A stretch of DNA of 64,000 nucleotides from Amphiscolops sp. MND2022. Its lineage: Eukaryota. The position numbers were made by a program, and so were the translations under genes. Location of the stretch: assembly GCA_964187785.1 (NCBI GenBank), contig OZ076409.1, forward strand, positions 42,410,001-42,474,000, given 5' to 3'. Positions 60,060-64,000 of this stretch are shown one piece after another (within the stretch, counting starts at the first letter, position 1; each line of letters starts with the position of its first letter). Under the pieces are notes generated by a model that made no database searches, was not told the DNA's origin, and saw only the letters and a list, made by a program, of their open reading frames with translations.

Positions 60060-63010
60060 GCCTTGCTCCTGTTTTTGAAGTTTTGTAGCAACAACTTTCA
60101 GTACAACCAGCCAATTGCTTTCCATAGTGATCTCTCCAAACTCTTTTAAACTTTTTAAATAAAATTGAAACCAATTAAGGGCAGCAATGAAATGAATACT
60201 TCTCCAAAAATCGAGCAGTCTTTTTACATGGGCTATTAGGAATCGCAATGTTTTGAAAAATTTCTTGAATCGAAATCTCAGGATCTTTTAGAATTTCTAT
60301 CTTTGAATAGAAATACGAATGTACCCGTGCCGGCACAGCAATAGACTCAGGATTGCTAATGCTACCTCCCATATTTGAGAAATCTCAAGCCCTTACCAGT
60401 CCTGCTGCAATTCTCGGCAGACGCTGAGAAAATGATCTTCTGGTTGATTATTAAACGTGCTATTGCAAATGTTTTTTCAGAAACGATTCAAGACTTGGAA
60501 CTTTTAGTCGCAGTCAGTCAATTAGATAGGGTGGAATGATCACAACTCAAATATAAGGGTTCAACTCCTAGTCTGATTGAACTTTTTTGCATTGTCATTT
60601 CCTAACGTATAAGAGATTTCCATGCCTGATAAGGACTGGTCCAGGACTTGTAATGATAGAAGTTGCTTTTATAAGGACTGGTTTAGAACTAGACAAGTCC
60701 TTATAAGTATTTGGGACTTTTGGGGCCGTCCTTGTATCCACAATACTATTGGTATATATATTTTTGTTTTCAACTCTATCGAATTTCAAAAAATTAAACC
60801 TATGAAGTCATAGACATCGCAGGACATTTTTCAATATTTTGGGCATTTCCTTTTTTCTGTTAAATGTTATGATCATTCACAACGAAAATGCAAGAGATAA
60901 AGTTTGGTTTCAGGCTGAATTGCTAATGTAGATGTGTTTGACAAGTTCAATAGATTCAGTGAGCGCACGAGTCAACTCAAAGTACTTTTTTGAATAGTGA
61001 AGCGTGCAAATATTGTCCAACATTTTGGTTAGTTTTCACACGATTGAGAAGGTGAACTGTATCGGAAGAGTAAAAACCTGGTAAGTAAAGTCTCTTTGAA
61101 CGTTTGAACTGCAGAGAGCTTCCAATGGATTGGGTTAGACCTTCAATCCATTCGTAGGGATAATAGGGTTCAGACATGTTATCAAGAGTTATGAAGGTGA
61201 ATGAAGTTTCAAAATTACATAATTTTTCCAAAAGAGGAATTGATCACACGAATATTTGTAGAACGATATAATACACACTGACTTCGGCAGGCAACAAGAC
61301 CTTTGGAATAAATATGAAAATCGATCAGAAAACAACTGTTGTTGAGCATTGTCAGGATGTCAAAATCTCCAAATCTACGCTGTATTCAGATGTTGAAGGT
61401 GGAAAATAATAATGAGAGCCAAGAGCATGGTCAGATTGAGCGATAACAGTAAAAGAATTGCGCAAAGAACCTCAGAGTTCTTTTACATCATTTGAAAACC
61501 ATGTTCCCGTTATAAAGTTAAACAAACCGGGAACGGCCCAAGTCGGCGCCATATCTGAGGCTCAAAAATAGCAAAAGCACTTCAAAGAGTCAAGTACTCT
61601 CTTCTACAGTACCCGAAGGAGGAAAAAGTTTTCTAATTTTTTTTTCGAATTATTTTGGAGTCTCCGGTAAGTCCCATAGTGCCGAAAAATGTAAAAGGCC
61701 CTTTGGGAGTTTTTGAACATCCATTCTTTTGCAAAATAGAAATTGATGGGGACCCTTTGAAGACATTAAAATATTTTGCGAAAAAAGTCTCACAAAGCCG
61801 AAATAACCTGCACAAAAAAATTTGGTCGAGGGCGGGACTCGAACCCACGTCCTTCGGCTTGGCAGACCTCAAAAAAGCCTAATTAACTTCTATGCCAAGT
61901 GCCAGTAGAAGTAGTGTGGCAGTTAGTTTTAGTGCAAGTTAGCTTATGAAGCTTATAAAATCTGTCAGTTCGTTGGTCTTAGAAAAATTCACTACTATAG
62001 TCTGCGTTTTTCTACGAAAACCGCCAACTAAAAAACAGCACCGACAGTACTCAACTTGTTCAAATTTTGCCTCTTTTCAATGCTACAAATTGACTGAAAA
62101 ATCATCAAGACAAATCAGTCAATCCTTTGGCGTTTCAACTGGTTTGCCTTTGTAGAAAAGCTGCAAGTTTTTGATGCGGAAATCCTCTCTCTTTTTACCT
62201 TCCGACGCCATAGAAGAGCGTCTTTTATCACAGCTCTCTCAATCTTACATTCAGTAGGTGTCAAAGGCTTCTTGACATACACTGGATCAGAATATGTTGT
62301 CAGGTAAGTACTTCTGGCAAAACAATATTGTAGAAAATGACAAAATGTTTGTTTTGGATTTCAATAACAGACGACAACTTCTAGGTGTGTTATTTGCCGG
62401 ATTAAATTTTTTGCCAAGCCATCTCACTGAAGTGACCCATGCAGTTTTCTGACCCATGTGACCAAGGGTTTTGTTGACAGTTTCCGAACCATGTTCAAGT
62501 AGCTCAAAACAAGTTGATTCACTTTCAATGGCACCAGTGAGGACAAATCCTAATTCAGACGTTAGAGTCGATTCATTTACAACGTGTTTGCCAGATACCA
62601 CGTCTTTATACGAGGGTAAGGAATCAACGACAGCAGTTTTTACTTTTTCGTTTATTCAGTTTTGACTTTTGGCAAATACCCATCAATGGATTTTGGGTTA
62701 AGTTTAGCAACGGACGTTTTATTTTCAGAAATAAAAGAATCAAATAACGAAGCCAAGTTATCTTCATAATGTAGGTGAAAACTTAAATATTCACACATGA
62801 ATTGATCACCCACAAACAGTTGGGTTTTGATGCAAGCCATTCAACATCAGTGACATTCAAATTAACACATCCACCGTGGACTCAGCTATTGCAAGACAGC
62901 CTTGTTACATTCTTTGCACAGGGCAGTGTAGCTTTGGAACTGTTTCGTTGTTTGCGAGTATTCGCAATAACATCTTATATGAGACCGTTTATTATCTCTA
63001 ATGAAGGCAC
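60060..63010 (-). pseudogene. Decayed CR1/L2-type non-LTR retrotransposon (PHD-RRM ORF1; endonuclease and RT fragments)
   Basis: Hand translation: SCNS*VHGGCVNL...CLWVINSC (PHD); FVLTGAIESES...SVRWLGKK...CRLLL (RRM-like); PVYVKKPLTPTE...RIKNLQLFYKG; FITGTWF (APE TETW-like); LNWFQFYL...SNWLVV (RT-like); many stops and frameshifts. Confidence 0.65.
61521..62034 (-). mobile_element. Family A element inserted in the LINE relic
   Basis: AACAAACCGGGAACGGCCCAAGTCGGCGCCATATC at left, CCGCCAACTAAAA at right. Confidence 0.8.
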
Positions 63011-64000
63011 TTTATGATCTCGTGAACGTTTCGAACGTATTCAATAATGTAGATATACTCAAAGTACCGATGGCGATTGAATTCAAGTTTTCAATTTGAA
63101 GATTTTGAGTTGATTTCATAACATTTTATATAAAAGTTGATTCCATCATGTGAGCTGAAAAATGACACTGTAAGAGTTATGGATTCTTACTAGAAAAATG
63201 CCGACGAAAAACTATTTTTTCTTTCACGGAATCAACTGTTTTTGCTAAAATGACAGAGGTGATTGAATCGTTATTAGTATATGGCAATTTTTTACAACTA
63301 GGGTTTTTGAAGATATTGCATAATAAAGTCTCAAAATTGGCAAAAATACGTGTTAAATTACGTGTTCAGTTTACTGTGGATTTTCAAATAGAATATTTTG
63401 TTGAGTTTTAGTCGAAATTGAGACGATTTTGCATCCAAGACTCACTTGTCAAGTGCAAATTCCCAGACTCAATGCGCTATCACTTTCGTCGGAAATGAAA
63501 GTAGGTGGCTTCAGCTTTTTGGTACTCTATTGTATGATACGATTGCTCAATTCAGTCGATGTATAAAAAATTATAATGTCATAGAGCTCTCTTTGAATAA
63601 TTTTGGTCTGTCACAATTTATGATTGATAGGCAAGATTTTGACGTGCACACAAAAAACCGAGGATTGTCTCAAAGAATATCATCCTGCTTCAGAACATTA
63701 AAGAGAGTCTAGTGCTCGAGATCAATCTCAAAGCACATGCAGTAATCAAGATCATATCACAGAATTTCGGATAGATCTTCATTGCGATGAAATTCTGAAA
63801 AAAAAACACTTTTCTGAAGGCATTTCACAAAAAATCGTCACTTCAAAACTACATAGCAACTGAAATATGTACTTGACTACAGAACTTTGATTAAGAAACA
63901 AGAAACAGAATTCTTTACAATCCACAGCTCTGAAATGGGTAACCTCGGGTTCTAAGAAAAGCTTTTCAAGTCAAGTGTCGCTTAATCAGGAAGCTTCTCG

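Overview
AT-rich, repeat-dominated eukaryotic (probably invertebrate animal) DNA with no confidently identifiable host gene; species cannot be assigned from the sequence. The main feature is a young, giant (18,844 bp) Ty3/Gypsy LTR retrotransposon at 15593-34436. It has two 715-bp LTRs differing at about 8 positions by eye, a tRNA-Arg-like PBS, a PPT and a 2.7-kb leader. Its Gag-Pol (about 3,100 aa once four frameshifts are repaired) carries unusual cargo: a degenerate protease copy in front of the active protease, a dUTPase-like fold, and an integrase tail with an AT-hook, a Cys cluster and two TARG1/OARD1-like macrodomains. A further ~1,430-aa ORF in the env position has an SGNH-hydrolase-like core and no obvious envelope features. 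The element sits inside a Helentron/DINE-like non-autonomous element that carries a ~180-bp satellite and a 3x1.13-kb higher-order repeat. The rest of the window holds a related solo LTR, nine copies of a second DINE-like family, TIR MITEs, a decayed CR1/L2-type LINE, a Copia gag relic and microsatellites. All domain calls are by-eye motif recognition, not database results.
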